A stretch of 64,000 nt of DNA, from positions 1 to 64,000 of IMG/VR virus record IMGVR_UViG_3300037420_001376; one strand, written 5' to 3'. The notes beneath the pieces were generated by a model, which ran no database searches, had not been told where the DNA came from, and worked only from the letters and a program-made list of their open reading frames with translations. Source of the stretch: a virus (Duplodnaviria; Caudoviricetes). Made by a program: the position numbers and the translations under genes. Shown here piece by piece: positions 10,379 to 21,040 of the stretch. The first letter of the stretch is position 1, and every line of letters starts with the position of its first letter.

Positions 10379-12546
10379 CGCAACACCCTTACGTCATCCC
10401 AGAAAGAAATGCCCCCTGTCACAGCGGAATTGACTAAAAGGCTAACTGAAATTTCACCAACACCAGTGGCAGGAACGGTAAAATCTCCACTCATTGGAGT
10501 AAATGGTCCGGTGCCATCATGAGTAAAACTATCCACGATTATTCCCCGTGTTACATCACCCCCATTAAGATGGGTATTAACTGCAACAGCAAAGGTGTAT
10601 GGTGGAGTTCCAGTTTGAACTAATTCCTGATAACGAACAGCCGCTTGAATGTGTAGCGTTTCCCCAGGTATGATTGAAATCTTGTTTGACTGAAACTCTT
10701 CGCCATCGTCGTCAAGGTCTACTCTTACGCAACCATCTGAGGTGTATCCAAAGGCGGCGGTACGGAACCATTGCCCCCGAACGGCTTTCCATCCCGAGAG
10801 ATTATTTGTAAAGTATCCATTGGATAAAAGATTTGGATCTTCAGTAGGTTGCTGATCGTAATCAGGGTTGAATTCAATTGGATCGTAGTTAAAAGCTCCC
10901 TCAACCTTTAATCCAAGTTCTACGAGAGGCTCATCACCTTTAACTGTAAAACTAGTGATTCTATGCCATTCTTTAATATCACCGTGCCATGGATAATCTG
11001 GTGCTTCAACATAAATTGAATCTCCCACCCACCATGTACCAAAAGGAGCATGTGAATGTTCGGGATCAATTGTAATTTTAGAAAAAGACTTAGGAATATT
11101 GCGGCGAGTAAGTTTTCTTTTCGCCCAAGCCGCAGCGCGCTCGCTGCTCGTAATGGAAGCGTCCTCTTCCATAATCACACGACGGGCACGTGTCATATCT
11201 GCATTGCCAAGCGTCGCGCTATAAACTCGTCCAGGTGCCCAACTACGAATAATAACATCTGATACGGGTTCAATATCTAGCTCTTCGGCTTTCTCAGCAT
11301 TTATAACATTTTCGCCTAAACGGAAAGCCAGTCCGTTTTGAACAAATCCTCCAAGCGGATAAGCAATACGTAATGTCTTATTGATTTCTGTACGAAGTTC
11401 AATTTCTTTTGTTAGTAATATATCATCAAATCTGACTGTACCGGTAAGAGATTTTTCTCTAACAGCAATTCCGGCCGATACATATCTAACACCGGTAGGC
11501 ACTGTGAATGTTGGACAAGTTAGCTTTTCCCATGCAGACCCACCAGGGGATGCCGGGTTGATTGGATAACCAAAACTGGGCCAGTCAACATGGCTGTGAG
11601 AATCATCAAAACTTTCAATATATAAATAAACAGGGTCGGAAGATCCATCATGGGTAAACCCATTTGATCTTATCCATCCTGATAAATTAATTTTATCGCC
11701 TGGTGATACAGCAATTTGCTCACTGGAAGCACCTTGAAAAGTACCATTAGCAGTAAACAAAATTGAGCCATTAGAATCATGACCCTGTGAATTATCCCAG
11801 CTTTCACCAGTGCCAGACCAATTATTCAAATTAAAATTAAAAGAACCATTGTTAAGAAGATTCGGCCCTGGTCCACGATTCCACGACACTTCTTCAAACA
11901 TATCAAAAGGCAAATCTCTTGACAATGCCATCATTTGATCGCCACAGTCAGGAAAATCAACAGCCCTAATAAATAAGGCAAAGAAATCGAAGCTTAAGAT
12001 GTTCCCATCGAATCCATAACCGGGAAGCATCTGAGTTCCAGTAGAAGACGGCTGGACATCGATTCCAAGATTAGCGTGTGGAAAAGACTGTAGGTGTGCC
12101 CAAATTCGCTGAATTACTTCTGCAGGATCAACGGCGATGGGGTTAAAGTTTTCTAGCCATGGAATTTCTTTTGGATAACCCATAAAACCAGTGCCATCGA
12201 TAACCATATCGCCTGACTCTGGATCGACTTTATTGTCGGTAACCATTTGAGCGCCAAGGCAGAATCGCCCAATATGAGTCTCAATTTCTGGGATGATCCA
12301 TTGTCCATAATTTTTCCAATTAATTCCATATGCAGACTGGCCAATCTGAGCTTGGCCTTGGTCAATTTTAAATCCGCACCTAGAAGGCGCAGAAAGCTGT
12401 ACCGTAACCTCTGGCTCTTTGACTACTAAATCACGAGTAAGAATATTATTGGTATTCACTTCAATGATTGTGAAACGTAAGCGATCTTTAAACCATGAAG
12501 ATGAATAATCTGGTGGAGAAAAACTCTCAATGATTGGTGTGCTCAT
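10375..12546 (-). CDS. minor tail protein (baseplate hub-like) with two carbohydrate-binding-module-like domains
   Basis: Second gene after tape measure; NLLNNGSF and NLLSNGYF CBM-like starts. Confidence 0.75.
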   Translation of the reverse strand: MSTPIIESFSPPDYSSSWFKDRLRFTIIEVNTNNILTRDLVVKEPEVTVQLSAPSRCGFKIDQGQAQIGQSAYGINWKNYGQWIIPEIETHIGRFCLGAQMVTDNKVDPESGDMVIDGTGFMGYPKEIPWLENFNPIAVDPAEVIQRIWAHLQSFPHANLGIDVQPSSTGTQMLPGYGFDGNILSFDFFALFIRAVDFPDCGDQMMALSRDLPFDMFEEVSWNRGPGPNLLNNGSFNFNLNNWSGTGESWDNSQGHDSNGSILFTANGTFQGASSEQIAVSPGDKINLSGWIRSNGFTHDGSSDPVYLYIESFDDSHSHVDWPSFGYPINPASPGGSAWEKLTCPTFTVPTGVRYVSAGIAVREKSLTGTVRFDDILLTKEIELRTEINKTLRIAYPLGGFVQNGLAFRLGENVINAEKAEELDIEPVSDVIIRSWAPGRVYSATLGNADMTRARRVIMEEDASITSSERAAAWAKRKLTRRNIPKSFSKITIDPEHSHAPFGTWWVGDSIYVEAPDYPWHGDIKEWHRITSFTVKGDEPLVELGLKVEGAFNYDPIEFNPDYDQQPTEDPNLLSNGYFTNNLSGWKAVRGQWFRTAAFGYTSDGCVRVDLDDDGEEFQSNKISIIPGETLHIQAAVRYQELVQTGTPPYTFAVAVNTHLNGGDVTRGIIVDSFTHDGTGPFTPMSGDFTVPATGVGEISVSLLVNSAVTGGISFWDDVRVLR

Positions 12547-12549
12547 ATA

Positions 12550-13452
12550 TCACAACACCTGATAAGTGTCGCGCCACTGAACAGCAAGTGCTGAATTGCC
12601 GTCCATTCCGGTAGCTGCTAATTCAATGTCGATATTCTGATTAAAGTTAAACTGTAATTTATCTAAATAAGGCGTCTCTCCAATAAGCTTGGCGGGCAAC
12701 GATAATGGCGGATCATCGTTAGACACCACCCGGCGCGACCATGGCTCAGAATTAATTTCAACTATTTTTCCCGAAGGAATATTGTAGTTGAAATCAATAA
12801 CAATATCGCCTGTAGTTTGATATAAATTGCTTAATGTAATAATAGGGTGATTCATTGGCCCTTGAAGTAAAAGCTTCAGCCACGATGGAGCTTGACCATT
12901 TGTCCCATTAATACTTGTCGCTGTAAGAGCTTGCGTCATGACAATAGAATTATAATTCAAACCATAAGCATAAGTGTCCGCGCGTCTAAATTCTGCAACA
13001 ACCTTGACAACTTCTCCGTGATCAAACATGTCATCTTGAGTTTCCCCGAATTGACCTGTACGACCAAGAATAACTTTATGAAGCTCGTCATATTTAGAGC
13101 AAAGAAAAATAGGCTTCATTTGGTTCCAAATTTTACGAACCTCGTCAGCCCGCCACTCCCTTTTTAGATCAACAATGGACGGCATAGAGTGCCAAAAATT
13201 TGGTTTAGTATCTTCAAAGCCTGGTAACAAATAGTTGTGAAGCACTTCAAAAGTGAACTCGATAGTGGTCGGCTTCCAACTATCTTTGCCAAAACTCACT
13301 TCGTCAGCACGGGCACGTTGATAATCTTGTGCATCAATATCGTATGGATTATTGTTAACCGTCTCTACCAGAATATTTGTTCCACGACCCATGACAATAT
13401 CCCCGATTTGCCATTGACCGGGAACCAAATTTCTATAGTAAGTTGTTGGCAT
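12550..13452 (-). CDS. distal tail (Dit-like) minor tail protein
   Basis: 300 aa directly after tape measure. Confidence 0.75.
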   Translation of the reverse strand: MPTTYYRNLVPGQWQIGDIVMGRGTNILVETVNNNPYDIDAQDYQRARADEVSFGKDSWKPTTIEFTFEVLHNYLLPGFEDTKPNFWHSMPSIVDLKREWRADEVRKIWNQMKPIFLCSKYDELHKVILGRTGQFGETQDDMFDHGEVVKVVAEFRRADTYAYGLNYNSIVMTQALTATSINGTNGQAPSWLKLLLQGPMNHPIITLSNLYQTTGDIVIDFNYNIPSGKIVEINSEPWSRRVVSNDDPPLSLPAKLIGETPYLDKLQFNFNQNIDIELAATGMDGNSALAVQWRDTYQVL

Positions 13453-16400
13453 TATTGTCCTGTAGGCGCTGTCATTTGATTCATCTTAATCTGCAGCATC
13501 ATTTGTCGAGTATTATCTCGTGGGTCTTGTCCTGGTCCACCGAATACATAAATATCTCGCGCTAATTGATTTCTACTATCTGTATTACGCGAACCACCAA
13601 CACCCTCATGCGTACGCTTATCTAATGGATTATCTTGGCTGTATGACAATAATTCATTGGTCTGTGTATCAAGCAGGAACTTAATATTTCCTCGCAGAGA
13701 ATCTTGGCCACCAACCAGGAATCCTAAGAAATCACCAACATAGGTGCCGATAATTCGGTATGCTTCTTGCCCTAAATCAATGACGGCATTAACCGTTTCC
13801 AGTGCTGACTGAATTATTCCTGCAATTTGCGCAACACCCTGCACCGCTGCTTTTGCAGCACTTGTGCCGCCGAAATCTGCGCCACCAGCAGAGGGAATGG
13901 CGCTGCCAATGGCGTTAGCTATCGAAGACACCGCACCGGCAATATCTGCACCTAGCTGAATATACTTCTGAAAATCATCGATCATTCGGAAGATATCTTC
14001 GGTATTGCTCGGATACCGAATTAAAGTATCAGTAATATCCTTTGTTGCACCAACTGCTTCAATAGCAGAATTAACGACTTTGAAGATATCGCCAGCAACA
14101 CCAGCAATATTGGAGATAACGCTTGATGCCTGATCTATCGCGTTCGGACCCTCTGTTAATCCATAGTCGCCCATTATCTGAGAGCGCATACTTCCCAGAG
14201 AATCGATAATAGCTTTGCTTTGCGGAGTGTTATTATTATTCTGATCTGCAATTAATGAATCAATTTGCTGCAAAGCAGTAACGGCTTCATCTTGACTCTT
14301 TATATTACGAGGATCAGGCACACCAATATCTTGCAGTGCTTGTGGAAGTGGAGCAAGATTTCCATCGATATCAGTTAATAAATCGTTGGTGGTACTTAAT
14401 GAATTATTTGGGCTCATAGAAGCCGTAGGGGGAATACTTGTCAAAAGATTCCCATTTTGATCACGAACTTCAGTAACGCCAGTTGTGCCAGCTGGTACCG
14501 TTGTAATTGGGTTACCGTTTTGGTCCACAACCTTAACTTCGACAGGCGTATTTTGTGCAGTCTCAGTAGGTGAAGTCAAAGCGCCTGGCGGCAAATTATC
14601 TGGTTGGAAACCCGGTTTGAAAGTTAAATGAACATGATCAAAATGGCCTGCTGTTGGACCTTGGGATGCTCTACCTAAAGAATTTCCTTGACCACCGGGA
14701 GGCTGCCAAAAGTCTTGCCAAATAGTATCTTCTAGGCCAAGTTTATCGGCATTTGCTAAAGCCCACGCTTTAATCTGGTCGCCCAAAAGTTTTCCTTGTG
14801 GATTAGCACCGCCCATTGTGCTACCACCTGGAATCATTATGTCAAGAGCGCGGCCTTCTGGATGATAAGGCATTGAATCCGGACGTGCCCCACCAATATT
14901 TGAAATTTGTGGGAAAAGTTGTTCAATTAAATTAGCGGCATTAATTGATGCAGCTTGAGATACTTTTCCTCCGGTATCATGTAAAACCCCTGGCCGTACT
15001 GGCCCTGGCGCTTGACTTGCACTTGTTGCACCTAATAAACCTTGTCTTAATAAGTCTTCGTTTTCACGTCCACCCCAAGGATCAACACCTTGATCTAGGA
15101 AAATTTTAGTGGCAATTTCTGCCTGTTGTTGAGGCGTAGCCTCACCTGCTGTGGGCGCGTATTTCGTACCACCATTAGATGCCCAAGTGCCTTTTGCAAT
15201 TTGGAATAACCCAGATGCTTCATTACCCCCAGTATTAGAATCAGTAATTTCTTGTTTCCTATTTGCAACCCCACCGGATTCTCGGGCAATAAGTTTTGCC
15301 CACTCAGGATTACTAGATGTCCAGGTTCCATCAGGTTTTTGAACTAATGGAATTTGGCCACCAGCAGCAGTTGGTTGTCCCGAAGGCATACGCAAATTAC
15401 TAGGTGTGCCCTGTGGATTAAATGGAGCCAACCTATTTCCACGACGACGATCAGCAGTAGGATCAGGAATATATTGCTTGGGGGCTAATCGACCACCGCT
15501 GAAAGTATTAGCTAGCTGCGCAACATTAATCGCAATATCAGCAATGCTGGTAAAGGCGTCAAGAATATGCTGGCCAAAACTAGATAGATCTTTAAGCTGC
15601 TTTAAGAAATTATCCATGCCACCGGCTTGAGGATCATATGATCCTGTTGCTACGGCAGCTTCACCCGCCACGCCAGATACAGCACCTTTAACAGAACCGG
15701 CTTCAGAAGTAATACCTTGTGCCCAAGATTTCGAGAAAGTTTTTCCTCGATAAAGTGTCCAACCTCTGCCAGATAATGGACCGTATTTTGCAGGTGAATG
15801 TCCTAGTCCATCACCAGCTAATTCAGCTAATTCCTCGATGGCTCTTTTAACTGCGGGGTCACCATCTTTAATACCTTGCGCGAAAGCTTCTGAGAAACTT
15901 TGCCCTTGCTCTGCTGCCTTTTCTGTGTACGGACCTAAAATCTGTGCAATATCAGGATGTGATGCAAAAATCTGCGTTAGCTGATCATCACTCAGTTTTC
16001 CTGCAATTTCTGCAGCATTTGGTGCAGCGGGCGCTGTCGGTGGAGGTAATGGTTGCGGAGCCGGTAAAGGCAATCCTGCGCCTGCGCCTGGCCCTGTGCC
16101 CGGTAATCCAGAATTAGACCACCATCCGTGAGGTTGCACACCTGGCATATTCGGGTCAAATACAGATGGAATATGTAATTTGCCATCAGGGCCAACGATT
16201 TTATTGAGAATATCCTCGTTGGTGCTAAGCAGATTTAATACCGAATCAAGCTTGGCAGGATCTTGATGGAAAATATCTTCAATAGTTTTCCTGGGATCAG
16301 CGCTTGACATGGCATCTTTAAGGCCCTGCTGGAAAGCATCTGCCGGGAAATACGTATTAATAATTTGTTGCTGTAAATTCGGATCAGTAATGTTAAACTG

Positions 16401-19400
16401 ATTGAGAAGTTCTTTCAAAACGTCACTAGTATGCTGATATGCCTCTTCCGGTGTTGCATCCCCAGTGGCAACTAATGCCGCGCTGTCCTGAACTAATTGA
16501 CGAATAGTTTTTGAAAGCTCTCGACCGTTTTTGGAGTTCTGGTCGATTCTGCCATTTTGTAAAACAAGAGCGGCACCCGTTTTATCTAAAGCATCAACGA
16601 GATTTGCTTGATAACCAATAGCTTGCTCTACGTCATCTTGATACTTAGCTAATGCGTCATCATTAGGGAGTTTGCCAAGATTTTCAAGAGACTTAATAAA
16701 GTTTTGTGCTCGCTGATCAGCATCAATCGTTTGATCACTAAAGTCACGAATGGCATCGGTCAACTTCTTGACTTGGCTGCCACCATTTTCAAATTGATCA
16801 CGCATTTGCTTAAGCGTATCAATTAATGCTTGCGGCGCTTTCTTGTCAGCCAGCATTTTCAGGAATTCTGCGAACTGATCCGCGCTTCCCTGAATTGCAT
16901 CTGCCGCAGACTTAGCGTCAACGTCTAGTTTTGCCAAAGCCTCTTCAACTGGACTGACAGCCTTACTAACTTCATCCGTTGATGGAGGCTTAATGTTTGG
17001 CGTAATGCTTGGCAGTGTATTTGGATCAGCCTTTTTATTAGTGGTGTCAATACCATGCTGATTAAGTGTATTAATTAAATTCTGAAGAGAGGTCGGATTT
17101 AACTTAACGTCTGGCTTAAGAACTAAATTGGTGCCATGCAAATCAAGTACATCTTGCCCTATAGCGGCTTCAATCTGCCTCTCTAAATCAGCCTGAGACT
17201 GCGGTGTGGCATCTTTAAATGTAATCGGAACAGCAACGCCACCATTAGCAATTGCCTGCAAACTAATAAGCAGTGTTCCAAGTGCTTGTGTTAGTTGATC
17301 TTTTCCTTCAATCTGAACTGCAATCTTAATCGGCTCAGGAACAATACCTTCATAATTCTTGATAAATTCCCGAAGTTGATCGACAGAAATTCCAAGTTGT
17401 TTGGCAACATCCGGTAACTGTGCATTCAGTTGAGCAAACATTTCATCAACGTTGCCACCACTAGAAGCAAACGTTAAGAAATTCTGGGACAACTCCCCAA
17501 AGACGCCAATGAGATTACGGCCAGTTTGTGTGTTCTCATTGAACTTATTATTTACATTATCCCAAACGTTATTCAGGCCATCGCCGGAAGAGATAGCTTC
17601 AGAAACTTTTTGAGACAGATTCTGGATAGCATCTGCATAATTTGATGCAGCTTCCAAAGCGTCTGTCTTCAGGAACCCTAGCGCCTGTAAAACTAACTTA
17701 AGGCCATCAAGTTTAGTTGTTGCGTCTCCTGCAGCATTTTTGATTTTATCAATGCCTGCAGCTAATTGAATACCACCGGTGCCTAATTCTTGGGCAGATT
17801 GTGCAGCTTGGTTAAATTGATCACGTAATGCATCTACCTGTGCTTTTGCCTGATCAGCACCAGCACCGGCATCATAAAGTCTTTTAACTAAATCATTATA
17901 CGCATCTGCAGAACCAGATATCGCTACGCGCAATTCATTCTGAGTTACGCCAGCGGATTTAAAATTATTTAGTGCTTGTTGTGCGTCAGCAGCAGATTTT
18001 TGAATAGCGTTTAATTGATTCGACTCACCACCGAGAAAACCGAATAATTCTTGTGACCAACTTTTACCAGCATCATTGGTAAAGTTTGTTCTGATAACAT
18101 CGCCAATATGAGATATAATTCCTGGCATTGCCTCAGATTTAGCTTGTAAATCCGAGAACATTGTGTCAAGACTCTGAGTGATCGCGTCCATAACCGTATG
18201 TCCGGCCACGCCACGATCATCGATAAACGCATTTCTAATATCTGTTCCCGCCTGCTTTATATGAGCAGCGGAATCATTTATTGCGTCTAAACCTTTTTTA
18301 ACCGTCTTATTTCGTTCGTCCCACGCTAACCAACCAGCGCCAACTACAAGTAAAACCCCAGCAATAGGACCAGCTAATCCAGCAAGAGTGCTGATAACCC
18401 CCGACAAAGACGTACGGACGTTTGAAATAGATTGAGATGCTTTTTTGCCAACAGGCCCAAAATTATCAAGAACACTAAGAACTTTAAGTAATGCAGTATC
18501 TAAACCACTAATAATTTTACCAGCGTTTCTCAAGGTTAAGAAAACGCCAACAAAAGTCTTGATGGTATTAATGCCAACCATGGCAATATGATCGAATATC
18601 TTCCATGCAGCAATAATGCCAAGCAGCCTACCAAGAACTTCATCAAGTCCTAGCGCGTGCTTTAGTTCAGCCATTGCGCTAATAAACTGCATTAAACTTT
18701 GAAGCGCTGGCAAAAACTCTGCAGAAAATGCATCGGCAGTTGACTTGATAACCGTGTAGACATTTTTCATCATGTCTACAAAATCATGGAAGGTGTCTTT
18801 GAAATCTTGTAAACGGTTGCCACCGGGATCAGACATTTCCCGAACAGCGTTACCGATATCTCGTAAGGTTCCAGCCGCCGCTGATTTTTGAACGGACTGA
18901 TTGAACCGTTCCATTGAATCGGCAAATCGAGCGAGGAAATCCCCACCCGTGTTGGTTCTAAATACTGTGAGTAGACTCCACACAGCCTTTGTTAAGCTGG
19001 TGAATCCAGAAATTAAATCCTTAACTCCCTGGCGGGCATCCTGCATCCACTTAAGTAAATTACCATTTTGCCGATTAACATTAGCCCATTGTGCAAATTG
19101 ATTAATAAGATTTGGTAACCCGCCACTCAAATCCCTAATAAAGCTACTACCGACAGCAGCGATATCTCGCAGTCCATCTAAAGCAGGGCGAATAGCCTTT
19201 GCTAAAGTTTCAATAGTTCCAGCGGTATTAGTGAAAAGCGTGGATACATCTTTTTGCGTTTGGCCTGCCTGCGCAAAACCAACCAACGCATCTTTGGCGT
19301 CACGTAAGGCGGCAACAACTTTTGTCGCGCCACCTTCCCAAATTGGGAAATACGTTTGGCCCAGTGCTTTAATTTGATCTGCTGCACCGGCAAAAGCTGT

Positions 19401-20633
19401 GCCTCGCAATGATTCCTGAAGTTCTTTCCACTTCGGAATTAAACTGTCAATAGCATCTGCAACCGGTCGCAAAGATTTTGGAAGCTTGTAGTAAGCCTGC
19501 AGCGCTTTGATAGGATCGTCAGAAAATACGTCTTTAAATTTATCTTTTAATCCAGCGAACACCGGGACCAGCGATGCAGCCACCGCGCCTATGCTGGCGA
19601 AGACTCCCGGCAGCACTAGCAGGCCGCCGCTCAACTGACGCACGCCGTCTGCTAAGCCCAGCAATAGGTTAGAGGTACCCGAGAGCGCTTTAGATAGAAC
19701 TGATAAGGCTAAAGGTAAAGTTTGACTGATAGTTAACGCCAAACCCTTAAGAATAGGTGTCGGGATTCTCTTCAAAAATTGGAATTTAGATATGATTCCA
19801 TCGACGCCAGACTTAATTAAGGCAACACCGGTAATGAATCCACGTGTTGCCTTGGCGAAATCAGCTATGGGCTGAAAACCTCTGTTGAAAGCATCAAAAG
19901 CCCTAGGTATTTTTTCTACAGTTCTGAATACTCGCTCGGCACCTACTGCAAATCTCTCATTGGCTAAAATCATTTTACGAATAGGGCCAGTATTCGCAAA
20001 TTGATTAACCCACTTGGTAATAATTCCAGTTCTAGATATACGACCTATTGCTAAACCTGCAGACCCAAGAACTGCTAATTTCGTGGCGAATCTATTAATA
20101 TTTTGTGTCCATAGCGGCATGTCTCTAACAGCTTCTTTAATACCCAAGAAGTTAGAGACATAACGCCTCAAAATATTATTATATACGCCTGCGCCAGACA
20201 GAGCTTTGTTAAAGCGAAGCAGTCCATTGGTTGGACCGTCAAACCTCACTTTCTGCATTAAATCTAAAACACGATACGCTCTATTTAATGGTTGATACCA
20301 CGAGTTAGCGCGTTCAATAACAGATGATAGTCTGTTAAAGTTATCGTATAAATCCCTAACGTCTCGTGAGAAACGAGTTACAGATTTATTGGCGGCAAAA
20401 ACTCCGCTGGCAAATCCTCTGGTCGCCTTAGTTGTACGATCTATAGATTTAGCTGTGTGTTCAAAAGTATTGTCAGTTGACTTAAGCGTCTTTTCAATGC
20501 GTCCAAGACGCTTATTCATTTCATCAAATTGACGAGAAAGCTTAACTAAGGTTTGTAGAAGTTTTCCTGAAGCCCTGTCTTCTAGGTCAATGCGAATAGA
20601 GCCATGAGCGGTACCTAAATTATCATTAGGCAT
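13452..20633 (-). CDS. tape measure protein
   Basis: 2393 aa, Ala/Leu-rich helical, LGTAHGSIRID N-terminus, transglycosylase-like and peptidase-like motifs in C-terminal part. Confidence 0.95.
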   Translation of the reverse strand: MPNDNLGTAHGSIRIDLEDRASGKLLQTLVKLSRQFDEMNKRLGRIEKTLKSTDNTFEHTAKSIDRTTKATRGFASGVFAANKSVTRFSRDVRDLYDNFNRLSSVIERANSWYQPLNRAYRVLDLMQKVRFDGPTNGLLRFNKALSGAGVYNNILRRYVSNFLGIKEAVRDMPLWTQNINRFATKLAVLGSAGLAIGRISRTGIITKWVNQFANTGPIRKMILANERFAVGAERVFRTVEKIPRAFDAFNRGFQPIADFAKATRGFITGVALIKSGVDGIISKFQFLKRIPTPILKGLALTISQTLPLALSVLSKALSGTSNLLLGLADGVRQLSGGLLVLPGVFASIGAVAASLVPVFAGLKDKFKDVFSDDPIKALQAYYKLPKSLRPVADAIDSLIPKWKELQESLRGTAFAGAADQIKALGQTYFPIWEGGATKVVAALRDAKDALVGFAQAGQTQKDVSTLFTNTAGTIETLAKAIRPALDGLRDIAAVGSSFIRDLSGGLPNLINQFAQWANVNRQNGNLLKWMQDARQGVKDLISGFTSLTKAVWSLLTVFRTNTGGDFLARFADSMERFNQSVQKSAAAGTLRDIGNAVREMSDPGGNRLQDFKDTFHDFVDMMKNVYTVIKSTADAFSAEFLPALQSLMQFISAMAELKHALGLDEVLGRLLGIIAAWKIFDHIAMVGINTIKTFVGVFLTLRNAGKIISGLDTALLKVLSVLDNFGPVGKKASQSISNVRTSLSGVISTLAGLAGPIAGVLLVVGAGWLAWDERNKTVKKGLDAINDSAAHIKQAGTDIRNAFIDDRGVAGHTVMDAITQSLDTMFSDLQAKSEAMPGIISHIGDVIRTNFTNDAGKSWSQELFGFLGGESNQLNAIQKSAADAQQALNNFKSAGVTQNELRVAISGSADAYNDLVKRLYDAGAGADQAKAQVDALRDQFNQAAQSAQELGTGGIQLAAGIDKIKNAAGDATTKLDGLKLVLQALGFLKTDALEAASNYADAIQNLSQKVSEAISSGDGLNNVWDNVNNKFNENTQTGRNLIGVFGELSQNFLTFASSGGNVDEMFAQLNAQLPDVAKQLGISVDQLREFIKNYEGIVPEPIKIAVQIEGKDQLTQALGTLLISLQAIANGGVAVPITFKDATPQSQADLERQIEAAIGQDVLDLHGTNLVLKPDVKLNPTSLQNLINTLNQHGIDTTNKKADPNTLPSITPNIKPPSTDEVSKAVSPVEEALAKLDVDAKSAADAIQGSADQFAEFLKMLADKKAPQALIDTLKQMRDQFENGGSQVKKLTDAIRDFSDQTIDADQRAQNFIKSLENLGKLPNDDALAKYQDDVEQAIGYQANLVDALDKTGAALVLQNGRIDQNSKNGRELSKTIRQLVQDSAALVATGDATPEEAYQHTSDVLKELLNQFNITDPNLQQQIINTYFPADAFQQGLKDAMSSADPRKTIEDIFHQDPAKLDSVLNLLSTNEDILNKIVGPDGKLHIPSVFDPNMPGVQPHGWWSNSGLPGTGPGAGAGLPLPAPQPLPPPTAPAAPNAAEIAGKLSDDQLTQIFASHPDIAQILGPYTEKAAEQGQSFSEAFAQGIKDGDPAVKRAIEELAELAGDGLGHSPAKYGPLSGRGWTLYRGKTFSKSWAQGITSEAGSVKGAVSGVAGEAAVATGSYDPQAGGMDNFLKQLKDLSSFGQHILDAFTSIADIAINVAQLANTFSGGRLAPKQYIPDPTADRRRGNRLAPFNPQGTPSNLRMPSGQPTAAGGQIPLVQKPDGTWTSSNPEWAKLIARESGGVANRKQEITDSNTGGNEASGLFQIAKGTWASNGGTKYAPTAGEATPQQQAEIATKIFLDQGVDPWGGRENEDLLRQGLLGATSASQAPGPVRPGVLHDTGGKVSQAASINAANLIEQLFPQISNIGGARPDSMPYHPEGRALDIMIPGGSTMGGANPQGKLLGDQIKAWALANADKLGLEDTIWQDFWQPPGGQGNSLGRASQGPTAGHFDHVHLTFKPGFQPDNLPPGALTSPTETAQNTPVEVKVVDQNGNPITTVPAGTTGVTEVRDQNGNLLTSIPPTASMSPNNSLSTTNDLLTDIDGNLAPLPQALQDIGVPDPRNIKSQDEAVTALQQIDSLIADQNNNNTPQSKAIIDSLGSMRSQIMGDYGLTEGPNAIDQASSVISNIAGVAGDIFKVVNSAIEAVGATKDITDTLIRYPSNTEDIFRMIDDFQKYIQLGADIAGAVSSIANAIGSAIPSAGGADFGGTSAAKAAVQGVAQIAGIIQSALETVNAVIDLGQEAYRIIGTYVGDFLGFLVGGQDSLRGNIKFLLDTQTNELLSYSQDNPLDKRTHEGVGGSRNTDSRNQLARDIYVFGGPGQDPRDNTRQMMLQIKMNQMTAPTGQ

Positions 20634-20650
20634 TCACAACCCCTTTCTAC

Positions 20651-21040
20651 CTAGAAGCCCTTCATAACAATGACTGAAGTGTCTTTTTCGCGAGACTGTT
20701 TTTTGCCGTCAGTGCCAACATCTAAATTGCCCTGGACATTTCCAGGATCGCGGTGTCGTTTAATGGGTACACCGAGATTCTTTTCCAAGGCAGCGAGGCG
20801 AGCAGCATTTGCAAGCCTGTCGGCAGCGATTCCTGCTTTTCTGCCTTTTCTACTTCTGGCTTCTGCAGCATTCATATCACCTTCGACTTTTCTACCGAAG
20901 TAGAAAACACCCCTATTGAGATAAAACCCCTTCGGTGTCCTATGGTCGTAACTCGGCCACAGGTCCGTCGGCAGACAGTGATATTCCCTGCACATCTGCC
21001 ACGTTTCCCACACCAGTCTCTTGTTCTTGGCGAAAGTCAC
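20651..21040 (-). CDS. tail assembly chaperone, downstream (frameshift-type) ORF
   Basis: Overlaps upstream chaperone by 101 nt in the +1 frame, directly before tape measure. Confidence 0.7.
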   Translation of the reverse strand: MTFAKNKRLVWETWQMCREYHCLPTDLWPSYDHRTPKGFYLNRGVFYFGRKVEGDMNAAEARSRKGRKAGIAADRLANAARLAALEKNLGVPIKRHRDPGNVQGNLDVGTDGKKQSREKDTSVIVMKGF

